From assembly GCA_002269645.1 (NCBI GenBank), contig NIVC01003193.1, positions 48,933 through 112,932 on the forward strand: a DNA stretch of 64,000 nt. Reading direction: 5' to 3'. Under the pieces are notes generated by a model that was given only the letters and a program-made list of their open reading frames with translations, was not told the DNA's origin and ran no database searches. The position numbers and the translations under genes were made by a program. Origin of the DNA: Macrostomum lignano (taxonomy: Eukaryota). This document shows positions 12,501-24,358 of this stretch, in pieces. Numbering within the stretch: position 1 is the stretch's first letter; each line of letters starts with the position of its first letter.

Positions 12501-15288
12501 TGATTGCTTTGATTCACTTCTTTTTGAATCTTTTGTAACTTTCTGCTGCGCCTGTTAATGCTACTGAAACAACCTTCCTATTTATATTTTATTATAAACT
12601 AATTAGCTTTCAATTATTAACTAATTAGTTCAAGTTTCAAAAAAGTAAGTTACTTCTTTTACCATATGCTTACTTTTAGTAGTATTATACATACAAGTTT
12701 TTAAAAATATTATTATTTATTATAAAAATTATTTATTACTTTTTTAGCTTGTGAATTGTTTAGATGCCCTCTGTGTTTCACTAAAAAGATGGAAAAGCAA
12801 AGACTGTATATTACGAAGTCTGCTTTGGAAAAAAAAGTGCAAGATTTTTGTGTTAACTTTAATAGATTAATGCTTATTAATGATTATCAGTTAACTTTCA
12901 GTTAACTTAACAAAAATAAGACATTAAGAGTTAATAAGTTAAGATTTTTTGTTTTAATGCTAATGCTTTTGCCATTAATGGAAGTTAAGATTTTCATTAA
13001 TGGTGCCCAACATTAACTATAAGGTACTTTTATTAGCTTATACAAGTCTAAGAATGTCTTGCATTTTACTTTTGCATTTTATCAATATTTTCCTACTATG
13101 CCAAGTTGCCTAGATTCTAGCTAGACTATCAGTTTATCTATAATTTAAAACAATTAAAGATAGGCATACAAAGTAATAAGATCTATAAAGAAAAATCAAA
13201 ATAGGCCTAAGGTTTTAAGATACTGACACTAATATTATAGACTGCCATTTTAATTTAGCCTTTAATTTGATTGATTATACCTAAGTGTAGACCCAGAAAA
13301 ATTTTGAAAGGGAGAAAGCTATATTAAGCACTAGGCCTACAATCCAATATTGGAAAATAAATCTAATATAGTTATAGGCCAAAAAGTATAGCCTACATTT
13401 TTGGCCACAACAAAGCAAGAAGCATGACCCCTTGCCCCCCCTCTAGATCTGCCTTTGATTATACCAGCCATATTCTAATAGCCAAATGTCCAACTAACAT
13501 ATCAGCTGCCACTATTGCATGTTATATCTCAAGGCTACATATGGCTATTCAGTCTAAGGACTGAAGGGTTGCCATACACCTTTAATTACCCTAGCTAATA
13601 CTATCATTAGTAAAAATTTTATAGCTAAGTAAATTAAAGCAATGTAAAGTTATGTGTTTTATTCAAGGTTATAAATTATTCTAGTAAGATTAGAAATCAA
13701 ATGTTCAATAGGGAATAGGCCTACAATCTAGGGATCCTAAGATCCCGAAATCTTAAGATTAGGCCCAAATCTTGGGATTCTAAATCTTAGGATTTTGATT
13801 ATGCCTGAATCCTAGGATAGAATCCCTAATTCCCAACCTTTAAGTCATAAGTCTAATACTCTAACCACTAGGCTCTAACCTAGTGACTAAGCCTTAAATA
13901 TAGATAATAAGATAATAACTAAATTAGGCCTTAATTATAGAAAAAATGAATAATGATATATAATAAAAGCATTTATAATGATAAAGTGCAGGTAAAGAGC
14001 AGAGCAAGCTGCTATCCCTTTGGATGACCACCCTCCTATCCCCTTAGGTAAAATCCTCTATGATAAGAAGTGACCACTGTCTTATCTTTTTATGAGGTGA
14101 CCTATTATAATTTTTTATATACAAGCTAATTTTATATGTATTCTTTATGAGATTTTAGCATAATGCACTGCTCTAATTCTAAAAATTTGCAAGGGAAATG
14201 AGGTGACTACCCAACTACCACACCTTTCTAATTGAAAGTAGGGAATACAAAATCCAAAGTTTTGCCAATCCTAGGATTCATAGGATTAGGATATCCTAGA
14301 CTTTGAAAATCCTGGGATTCTTGCGATTGGGATAGGCCCTATCCCAGACTTTGTCAATCCTAGGATCTTGACAAATTGGGCCAAGATTCTAGGAGCCTAT
14401 TATCAAAAAGGTTTCTAATATTTGTTTGTGACATTTTGGTTTATAAAGCCATATAATATGATTTTAAAGGGCTTTCAATGATAAAAGTACAATAGAAAAA
14501 ATATATTTTGCAAATAAGAAACTGATAGTTAGCTCTAAATTGGAGTATGACATATAGGCTAGCCTAATATATATGCTTTTTTACATCTTGGTATTAGCTC
14601 AAGAAAATCACATTTGATTGTGATATATCTAGGGAATGATAGTTTATATAACTATGGCCTAAGGTATTAATACTAAGAATAAGAGGGGGATTAGACCTCA
14701 CTCTCCTAGGGGCACCTATCCTAGGTAGAGAATTGGTAGGCCTAGCTTTGGTTGTAGTCTAGAAGATTCAAAATCCTAGGATATTATAGGCCTAATCCTA
14801 GGATTTCAAGATCTTTGGATTACATTCCCCAATTGGAAGTGCTACACTGCTATTGACTATTATATAATGGTCTATTACAATGAAACTATTATTTGTATTT
14901 TGTAGCCTATGAATATTAGTAGGCCCTAGGCTTTTTTATTGCTTAAAGATAAGAACAACCTAGTGTAAGGTCTAATAAATTATGGCCCAGGAATTTTTGC
15001 AATCAAATGAATAATGCCACATTGTGACATTATATTATTACAACTTACCCAATCAATAGCAGTAATCAAAGTGGCTCCAATCTTTTCTCCAAACCATTTG
15101 GTATTTTCGCAAGTTCCACAACCAAGATCAAGCATTTTATAATTGGGTTCAATAAAACTTGTTGAACTTTTTTCTTGTTGAAGTTTAGCATTTTGAAAAT
15201 ATTTATTTGTAGCATCATGGATAATTTCTTTGACTAATTGATGGTTTTTAGAATATGTTACAGCATCCAAAAAAGCTTTGCTATCCAT
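9534..15288 (-). CDS. class I SAM-dependent methyltransferase, juvenile hormone acid O-methyltransferase (JHAMT)-like, ~312 aa; exons 15288..15049, 11462..11136, 9905..9534
   Basis: All joins phase 0 with GT/AG sites (TGG|GTAAGT, TTATAG|AAC, AAA|GTGAGT, CCGCAG|GAG); exon lengths 240/327/372. Motif I MLDLGCGT, post-I AIDWNPNFLKFA, YDIITSFLTLHWIKNL, C-terminal DPAAAFADILTSAGF...LVPF...EVLVVLAQR follow the JHAMT-like pattern. Confidence 0.85.
9955..10260. repeat. intronic minisatellite, ~29-bp unit GGACTGGGAGACAGACAATGACACCTGAA
   Basis: Tandem periodicity; lies ~50 bp from the acceptor of methyltransferase exon 3. Confidence 0.9.
12119..13015. mobile_element. degenerate hAT-type non-autonomous DNA transposon
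   Basis: Ends CAGTGTTGGGCAC / GTGCCCAACATTA (imperfect TIR), subterminal TTAAT repeats, 8-bp flanks ACTATAGG / ACTATAAG (7/8 TSD, G>A difference). Confidence 0.55.
13485..13872 (-). mobile_element. hypermutated CORE-SINE copy (body ~13485-13605, head ~13832-13872) with an ATCCCGGGAT-family MITE (13729-13828) between the parts
   Basis: Aligns to 3050-3325 and 50232-50455. The MITE has TAGGGAT...ATCCCTA ends like 43437-44376. Confidence 0.75.
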
Positions 15289-18200
15289 TTTAGATGTATA
15301 TATCCTATTACAATACTTTATTGTATTGGCTAGCCTCGGCTTGTTAGTTTTTATAGCTACAAAGTGCAAATCAAAAAAATTAATATTGGTCTTATTTATT
15401 TGTCTAATAATATAGGTCACTAATGCTCAAATAGTAGGACTAGGCCTATCATTATCAAGTAGCTAAAATCTTCAAAAAACAAGAATATAGCCTCTAGCTA
15501 TAAGTTTTTTAGGCATAGTTCGTATACCTAAGTCAGCAAAAGCTGATTTTAGTTAGTCTTCTAATAGCGCCTTAGGTCTAATAGCTTTTATAGTTTTAAC
15601 CTTGGTCTAGCAATGATCTTATTGGCTAAGCCTCATTCAACCTATTTATTGCTTATAAACCAGATTATATTAACCAATGAAAACAATATACTTCGTTTTA
15701 TGTACCAACTATTAAAAGAAACTGTCGATACAGTAATATCTTATATTATAAATTATAGGCCTAATTTAATTTTAATAGACCAAGCTTGAATTAGGCTAAT
15801 CGCCTAATGGCAATAGCTAGGCTTAAGGCTAAGTAGTAGCCTACAGCTATACCTGTATAGTGTATATATTGTTTGTAACCATGCATATGCATAATAAAAT
15901 TAGGCCTAGCTTACTATAATACGGAGCCATATATCTTTTCAAAAATCAGACTTTATACATTATAAGGCCAATATGCTATGCAGGCAGCATAGGTAGGCCT
16001 CGAGAGTCGAGACAGAGAGTGGAGAGAGACCTAGATAAACGAAATAGTACAGATCTTTTATCTTTGCTTTGGTTGTTTAGGCCTATATGATAGTGACAAT
16101 AACCTAATGCTGGTAGCCTACTAGTAGTAGCTTACATTTTAGTTGCCTTAGTACTAATAGTATTATCCAACAGTCTAATAAGACCTTGCTGTTCAAAAGG
16201 CCAATATAACTAACCGACTTGACCGACTTTCTTTTTTACAAAACAAGAACCCATCTTGCGCGAGCGCGACTCCAGAATTCTCCCTAGGCCTAGGGTACAT
16301 GACTTGACCGAATTTACTGATTTGGGGCCAACAAGACAGAGGGCAATAAAACTCTGACTCTGCGTCTCGTGCGCAAACCGTCGGACTGGGGAGGGGGGGG
16401 GGGTTCGCAGGACAAAGTGGCGTGATTATTAGTTGGTCCGCCCGCGTGCACGAGAAATTTGTGTACAAGAGGAGGGGGGTAAAAAATAAGAATAAGTGTG
16501 CGTTTGCCCCAAAGTTCAGCCAGTACAATTTATATTTAGGTTTGCCTGTGTTGTACGAGTTGAGAGTAACATGCAATTGACAACTTAATCTTTAAACTTT
16601 GGCTATAAAATTAATTTTAATTGAAAGCGTTTTAAAATCAGAATAAGTTGAATAAGTTAATCAGAATAAATCATAGACTTCGACTATTATAGCTCACATT
16701 ATAATAGTCAAATTTCAAATAACACAAATCTTATACAAAGTCAATTCATAACAGAATAATGAATTAAACGGGTAGAGAGAAGGAAGTTCACCGTCAAGCG
16801 TCAACGCGTCAATCATTATTCTCGGAAATTATTGATATCTGTCTCCTGTCCTATGGCCATTAAGAAACCGTATTGAATATTCTAAATGAATTGAATGGCT
16901 GACACTGACATTACTGACAAGTATCCATGATATGTGGCAAATGTCCCGACTCCCTCTCCGAGTCTCCATCCACAACTCCACGTATTGAGCCGGATGGTTC
17001 GTTCCACGACTACCACAATATTTGACTGCTACGCTAATCCAAACCCTCTCCAAAGCTTCGGGTATTGAAAAGTATTGTTGATAGTAAAAAATGCGAATGA
17101 TTCATTAGAATGCCATGTCGATGTCACGTGTCAGTCACTGCCTCTGCTCTGCTTCCTTAGCTTTAAATAGCAAACAGCGCCCCCCGTTGATCAAAAATTG
17201 ATAAAATCCGAAGTTTTGACGCAAACGTAAATATTTTTTTCGCATTTCCGGTAGCTTATTATAGTAAACCAAAGATTGCCTGCCTCATTCTTGCTACTTT
17301 CGTACTTGCTGTTGTAGATACAGAAACAGAGTCAAGTCAAGACAATATAACTGTACTTTTACGTTGACTAATTTTTGAATTGCAATGTGAGCAGTGGCGC
17401 AACCAGAAATCTGGTGGGCGGGGGTAAATTCCTGGGAGTCAAGAGAGCCGGAAGGGGTCGGACCTTTATTCCAGCCTTTTCCCCTCGGGATTCGCTAACT
17501 GAATAACAAAGCCCTGAATATAATGACGTAGCCTAGAATTAACCTCTATGAGCGTATTTTCGATGTATAGGACACAAGGGTCATGATAGAGATTAGAGAA
17601 TTTCTAGCGCATACATGTAACTGCGGGCCAGAGGTTGGGAGAGACGGGAGAAAAGAGAAGAGAGCTGAAAACAGACAAACCTTGAGCAGGCAGATGGATT
17701 TTTTTTAAGTTTCAAAAGGACCCAAGGGAGTTTGCCGACTCCTAAAAGTATACAGCTTACATGTATGTATGTAGGGTAGAGGCCTCGGGCTTGATTAAAG
17801 TTTCACTCGCGATCTGGATCCGCCACCCTACCAACAGACTTATTCTGTTTGCGCCACTCTCGTTGATTATTTTAGCTTTAGGTAGGTTTAGATTGTTATT
17901 TTAGGATTAAGAATATCCTAATTTTTTTGCTGATATGGACTGCACATTGTTGCGTTCGATTAATAGCTTTTTTAATGTAGATACTATAGCTATGAACAGT
18001 ATCTAATATGCATTTAGCACAATAGCATGTACTCCTAAATCCAAATTTGTGTGTCTACACAGTTTATTTATGATATGTACCGCGGTACATGCAAATTATT
18101 GTAAGTTGAGGTAAGTCTTCGTTTTCCTACTACATGTAGGTATAAGGTTGATGTGGCTTAACGGTATAATATGTACATGTAAAGACTGTACGAGTCTTTA

Positions 18201-18607
18201 ATTTATTATAGAAGCGAGATATTAATTTCACCCAAACCCCCAACCCCATACTTTGCAAACGTGCTGCAAGGGGCTTTATGGAGCCGTCCTTCGGTTCTCG
18301 AAGCGTGAACTCAGGGTCAGGGCCCGGCTCCGAGGTGACCGAAAAGACGCATGGTCACTTCGATTACCGCTGACTAAGCCTTCATCACCTAAGCCGAACT
18401 CATCATCAATCGATGAAGCGTGCCAACCCGAGAACATCTCACAGCTCGTCAGTTTCTCAGATCTTCATCCTGCGCCGGCAGCAGCGGCGACTTTAACTGG
18501 CAGGCTACAGGTGACGCCGGAAATTTCCGGGATCCCTATAGCCAAGTCTTTTCACTCCTTTGTGATCCCTAGCAACGAGCTACATGTACATGTAGGCCTT
18601 TGAAATT

Positions 18608-18905
18608 GTCTATTGTCACCGCACCGGCCTGGTCCGTCCAAGCGACCTGTTGCGCCGTCGGCAACTCCAGCTGGCAGGCCATATCATCCGCGCCGAGTCG
18701 TACTGCCCAGAGCCGGTGCCGGAGATGCTGCTGCTAACGCTGCAGGCACCCTACCGGCGGGGGCAGGCGCGCACTCGGCGTTTCGTCGACTGCCTGCTGG
18801 CTGACGCCGGCGCCCCAGATTCGGCCGGTGGCGTGGCGTTCATCCGCGACCTGGCCTTGAGGCGCGCCCTGTGACGCTAACCTGCGTATTCTGTTGTTGC
18901 TGTTG
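18608..18905 (+). mobile_element. 3' fragment of a second non-LTR retrotransposon family (RTE/L2-like ORF end)
   Basis: LRRRQLQLAGHIIRAE...RRGQARTRRFVDCLLAD resembles the conserved post-RT end of LINE ORFs; followed by a (TGT)n-like tail. Confidence 0.7.
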
Positions 18906-19244
18906 TCTACTGTATACCGGACTAAAACTTACCTTCAGGACGTTGCACGATTGCTGGCGCGCACTTCATCGATAAAAAATTATGCTGCTATATTTTTATA
19001 AGCAAATTAAATTGCAGTTTTGATTGTGTACCATCAGCGCGTGTACTACGTACTATCATTTATTGCCTTAATGCTGCTTCTGTTTGCTACATGTATCTAG
19101 GGGTTCCATTGTGCTCTTCTGCCTCGCCCTTCATTGCGCCTGGGCATTTCATAATTTTTTACCTATCTTCTGGCTTAGGGTCAAAACTTCAGATTTCCAA
19201 CTCTTATATGTACAAGAGCGCTTTATTATTGTCGCATAGCACCA

Positions 19245-21992
19245 CCCTAGATGAAGTTCTGTTTACTCATTCTTGGCAGATCTGTTCTTACTTAAATTTC
19301 TTAGCAGATCTGTGAATTTTGGTTAACACATTCTTAACAGATCTGTTCTTACTTAAATCTCTTAGCAGATCTGTATCTGCTTTTGTCTTACAAGATCTTA
19401 CAAATCTTTGCAAGCCATTTTTTATTGTTTGGTACGTAAAAAACATTCGTGATTTTTTAGAAAATACTTATTAGGTAAAGAGAAAACAAAATTTCCAACT
19501 GTATATCAGAAAAAAGACTTTCGTATATTTTCACATTTCTCTGCTGGATCTTGTCAGATCAGTTCTTGCAGATCTGTACAGACCAGTTTTGAAAAGTGTC
19601 TGAATTGTTTTTTTCCACAAAATATTTAACATAATAGTAATTACGTTTTTTAATGATTTGTATTTATTTTAGTTGTTCTTCTGGCAGCCAACAGTAAATG
19701 AATTTGTTTAAATATTTTTTCCGCAGTTCTGAACATAGTGGACCCTTATAGTTTGAATTCTCGCTCTTGCAATTTATCCATCTATCTCAGTTCTTTCTTT
19801 TGACTTAGCCGAATACGTAATTTTTAATTCCTTAAATTGTTTCATAGTGTAGTATCACTGTTTTTTTACTTTTTTTAGCCATAATAACTTTTTTGATTGA
19901 GTATAGCTATGGCTTTAAATGAAGAGCAGATCGCGTCATCAATTAAAAAAATTTGACATAATTGACAGACTGACTATAAAATGTATGATATGCTATATAT
20001 ATATATCTATATCATATATATATCTAGGCTTGTTTCCTACTCCCAGGCCTATAAGTATGAGTAGGCCTAGGCCTATGACTTTGTTCTATGCTTTAATAGA
20101 AACAGAATGCATGTCTAGACCTAGTGATGTTGTCCATTAATAATTCATTAATCCATTAATAATTCAGAAATTCAGTTTACATACATAGATCAGTATTTTT
20201 TGTAGTCTTTTGCATTTCATTATATTATATTTATATATACATACCTAGTTCTAGCCCCTAGGCTAGGCTAGGGCTAGGCTAGTTCTAGTGACCTAGCTAG
20301 TAAGTAAATATCTTAATTAAATAGGTCTATTCTGTTTTTGTTTGTTTTATATATGCTTATCTAGATTTATAAATAAGTAGACTGACATATCTGTAAAACT
20401 TGGTTTTAATCCCTCCTTGATTTTAAACACTTAGGTTAAGAGTGTAATTTCTATTTTTAGTAAATAGTGTTATAACTAGGCTTATCATTTTAATTTTAAA
20501 ATAAAAAGGCCCTACTCTACTAAAAATTGTAATTGCTATATAGGGTATAGTTTTTATGAATTAGAATTAAACCTGGATGCTTAAATATAGGCTTATGGTT
20601 GTTAGAAAGTTATCTTAAGCCTTGACCTACTATTTGAAGAATATATATAGGCATAGCAAAATCTAAAAGTATTTATACTAGATAGGCCTAGATAAATAAT
20701 ATGAAAAATATAGAATAGAAGAAAAACATAGGTCTAAATTTAATTAGGTCTAAAAGAACTTTTACAAAAGTTATTACTCTGACTATTAAAAAACATAACA
20801 ACGATATTTGTTTTATATTTTAGTTATTTTGAATTGAATATTAATGTTTAAAATCCCAAAACTTTACTACAATTTTCCCTTTCATGCATGCTACTTTACA
20901 TGGTCAATATGGCATCGCTACTTATGGGTTCCAAGCTTGTCTTTATACCAAGTGGCAAAGTGGCAAGCATCCTATGATTGCTAAAAAAAAATGAAGCCAG
21001 CCTAAAGTAAAAATGCAACATGATAAAGAGCCCTTAAGTATTACTAAGAGCTCTTATAGACCTACTTTTATTGATAACAAAGTAAGCTTTCTAGCAATAT
21101 TGACTTTAAAATCTTTCAGTACCATGCTTGGGAGCAACTTTGGGATTCCCTCGGCCGTTTCTATTGGCAACACACACACACATGTAAGTCGCTATTGGAC
21201 GGAATAGTAGTCACGTGACTGCTCTCAGCCAATAGCGACTTACATGTGTGTGTTGCCAATAGAAACGGCCGGGTGATTCCCAAAGTTGTGCATGTATGTT
21301 CAGTACTGGACTCTTTCAGTTTCAATTATTTGCAAACCAATTTAATTGTACATTGTAGTAAAAGATGCACCTGGTTTTTTTCAAATGTTTCTGCTTCTAT
21401 TTTTTAGTTTAAAAGTATTGCTCACCCTAATTTTATTAGTCCATTGTACCATTAGTATTTTTCCTATTGAATGTGTGCTTAACTTTTGTTTTGAAGCTGA
21501 CTTATTTTTTGCTTGTGCTATTTCCCTTGTGCATACAAGTTTTATTTCATGAGCATATATGTGTATTTGTTTACATTTTCACAAATAAATATGCCTACTT
21601 TATTTTGATTGTTCAATGACATTTGCTTTTGTTCTGGCAGCTTACTAGCACAATACTAAAAGTGCAGAATCAAATAAGAAAGTCCTGTCATAACTCGTGT
21701 TCTTTATTGGAATTAAATTAGTGCATTGGGGTTTTATAAATGGATTACTAAACAGATCTGGGAAGATTTGATAAGACGGACAATGCATTCAATTGGTAAA
21801 GCTTAATACATCTTACAAGATCTGCCCAGATCTCCTAAGATCTGCTCGTGCAGACCATGCAAGATCTTCCTGCAGATCTTGTAAGTTCTGCCTATATATT
21901 TTAATAGTGCAGATCTGTTACGTTCTTGCAAGAACGTAGCGAGAAGCTCCAGACAGATCTGCTAAGAAATGGCATGACGATTTCATCTAGGG
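19245..21992. mobile_element. CMC/CACTA-type non-autonomous DNA transposon (~2.75 kb)
   Basis: 11-bp TIR CCCTAGATGAA / TTCATCTAGGG (fits the CMCWR terminus), 2-bp CA TSD, clustered AGATCT subterminal repeats at both ends (19270-19580, 21750-21965). Confidence 0.7.
21135..21288. mobile_element. palindromic MITE (~154 bp) with ~60-bp inverted arms around AGTCACGTGACT
   Basis: CAACTTTGGGA...GTAAGTCGCTATTGG pairs with CCAATAGCGACTTAC...TCCCAAAGTTG. Confidence 0.75.
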
Positions 21993-22108
21993 CAAGAATT
22001 AGGGGTGCTCAGGATGGCCGTTTTCTCGGGGTTCGCGGTTTACGGCGAAACTCAAATCCCATTCCTAAGCTTAATCCCAGTGCGGTATATTACACGTACA
22101 CCTGCATT

Positions 22109-22615
22109 CATGGGCGTCGCCATGGATTTTATGGTGGGGGGGGACAAAGCGAAGAATTCAACATGTACGTGTAATGACCAAATTTCTACATTTCCAATTA
22201 TTTTGAGAATCGTGTTGTCAGCGCCACAGGCACTCATTTTGGCGCCGTAGACATTCATTTTAGCGCCGTATTCCACTCAATTTGGAGTCGTAGGCACTCA
22301 ATTTGGAGTCGTAGGCACTCATTTTGGAGTCGTAGGCACTCATTTTGGAGTCGTAGGCACTCAATTTGGAGTCGTAGGCACTCATTTTGGCGCCATAGGC
22401 ACTCATTTTGGCGCCGTAGGCACTCATTTTGGCGCCGTAGGCACTCATTTTAGCGCCGTAGGCACTCATTTTGGCGCCCTCAAGAAAACTGTTTGATTAC
22501 CACAACGAGTCACAAGGTGGGGGGGACAAAGCATTAGCAAGTCCTCCCCCCCCCAAAGCTTTTACTGGGGGGGGACATGTCCCACCCGTCCCCCCCCGTT
22601 GGCGCGACGCGCCTG
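22109..22615. mobile_element. hAT-type MITE with internal 21-bp minisatellite
   Basis: Imperfect TIR CATGGGCGTCGCCA / TGGCGCGACGCGCCTG; 8-bp flanks CCTGCATT / CATGCATT (7/8); ends homologous to 50910-51630. Confidence 0.7.
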
Positions 22616-23634
22616 CATGCATTGTATATTTAACGCACGAGTATACTTACACTACCAATAGACAGAGCTTTTAATGACATTTTGGCAGCCTGTCAAATTT
22701 TGTAAAAAAACCACCACTGCATATGTAAGCTTGCAAAGTTATTTTTCTTCTGTCAGAACTGTTCATTTCTTTATCGCCCTGGAGCACACTCGAAAACTAG
22801 TTTGAGATCTGGGCCGCGTTCTATGTCTACTCTTCAACCCGCAAATGACAAATAAGTTTGCCACTGCGATTTCGCTGTGCTCGCTGTATGCAGAAATTTT
22901 TCGACTGCTTATCTTCGAAACTGCGGCACTGTCTTGCACCTTTTAATTGTGTGTACACTTGCGCTATATTTAGATATATCTCTTCTTATGATGACGCATA
23001 TATATATATAACAAACATTATTTATGGGTCAATAATTGCCCGCTTAAAACTTGAATTTTAGCGCTTGCCATGAGTTATGTTTATACATGTCTTTTTGACA
23101 AAAAATTTTATCTTAAGCCAAAAGTTTTTCTACCGATTGGCATTCAGATATGCAAAATGCAAAATGCAATAAAAAATCATACTTTAAATGTTGTCATCCG
23201 TTAATTTGCATAAAATTATATTTATTGTGCTTGTAATTTATTCTGAAGCGCTTTAACAGCTTGCTTCTCAGCAGAAAAACAGATGAATTAATCTACTACT
23301 TTAATTATTTTGCTGGGTACTTTTGCTTGCGAGCCTGTTAAAAAACACTCGAAATGATGAGACTCGAAATTAACTCAAGCAAGAGTTCAAACTGCACGTC
23401 TTTGCAGCTCATGCAGAACTTTTGAAACTCTCGTTCGTTAAATTATGCGCTAAGTTAATTGAAGCAAAATCGTGTGCTTTCTTGTTCTTTAGCTTCTACT
23501 CAAAGTAGTAGTATAAGCAGGGGCGGGACACTATAAGTATAGTTGCATAAATAATATGGGCGTGACATTTCGTTCAATAATATAATTTTTTGTGTTACTT
23601 TTTCGAAATTTAAAGTGGTAAAATCATATGAGTG

Positions 23635-24358
23635 CTGGCCCCTGGTGCTGGCGCCCCTGGTGCTGGCGCCCCTGGTGCTGGCGCCCCTGGTGCTGGCGCC
23701 CCTGGTGCTGGCGCCCCTGGTGCTGGCGCCCCTGGTGCTGGCGCCCCTGGTGCTGGCGCCCCTGGTGCTGGCGCCCCTGGTGCTGGCGCCCCTGGTGCTG
23801 GCGCCCCTGGTGCTGGCGCCCCTGGTGCTGGCGCCCCTGGTGCTGGCGCCCCTGGTGCTGGCGCCCCTGGTGCTGGCGCCCCTGGTGCTGGCGCCCCTGG
23901 TGCTGGCGCCCCTGGTGCTGGCGCCCCTGGTGCTGGCGCCCCTGGTGCTGGCGCCCCTGGTGCTGGCGCCCCTGGTGCTGGCGCCCCTGGTGCTGGCGCC
24001 CCTGGTGCTGGCGCCCCTGGTGCTGGCGCCCCTGGTGCTAAATCCCCTGGTGCTGGCGCCCCTAGTGCTAAATCCCCTGGTGCTGGCGCCCCTAGTGCTA
24101 AATCCCCTGGTGCTGGCGCCCCTAGTGCTAAATCCCCTGGTGCTGGCGCCCCTAGTGCTAAATCCCCTGGTGCTGGCGCCCCTAGTGCTAAATCCCCTGG
24201 TGCTGGCGCCCCTAGTGCTAAATCCCCTGGTGCTGGCGCCCCTAGTGCTAAATCCCCTGGTGCTGGCGCCCCTAGTGCTAAATCCCCTGGTGCTGGCGCC
24301 CCTAGTGCTAAATCCCCTGGTGCTGGCGCCCCTAGTGCTAAATCCCCTGGTGCTGGCA
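23635..24358. repeat. minisatellite: 15-bp GGCGCCCCTGGTGCT changing to a 30-bp higher-order unit
   Basis: Perfect 15-mers to ~24030, then alternating GGCGCCCCTAGTGCT / AAATCCCCTGGTGCT. Confidence 0.95.

Noticed and set aside
12330-12580. hAT transposase C-terminal remnant (EGCFSS.. on the minus strand)
   Set aside because: Only a few residues resemble the ERxFS motif and the frame stops quickly; not supportable.
10500-16200. Contaminant or chimeric AT-rich insert
   Set aside because: Spliceosomal exons inside it join in phase to an exon outside, and it contains mutated copies of repeat families found elsewhere in the window.
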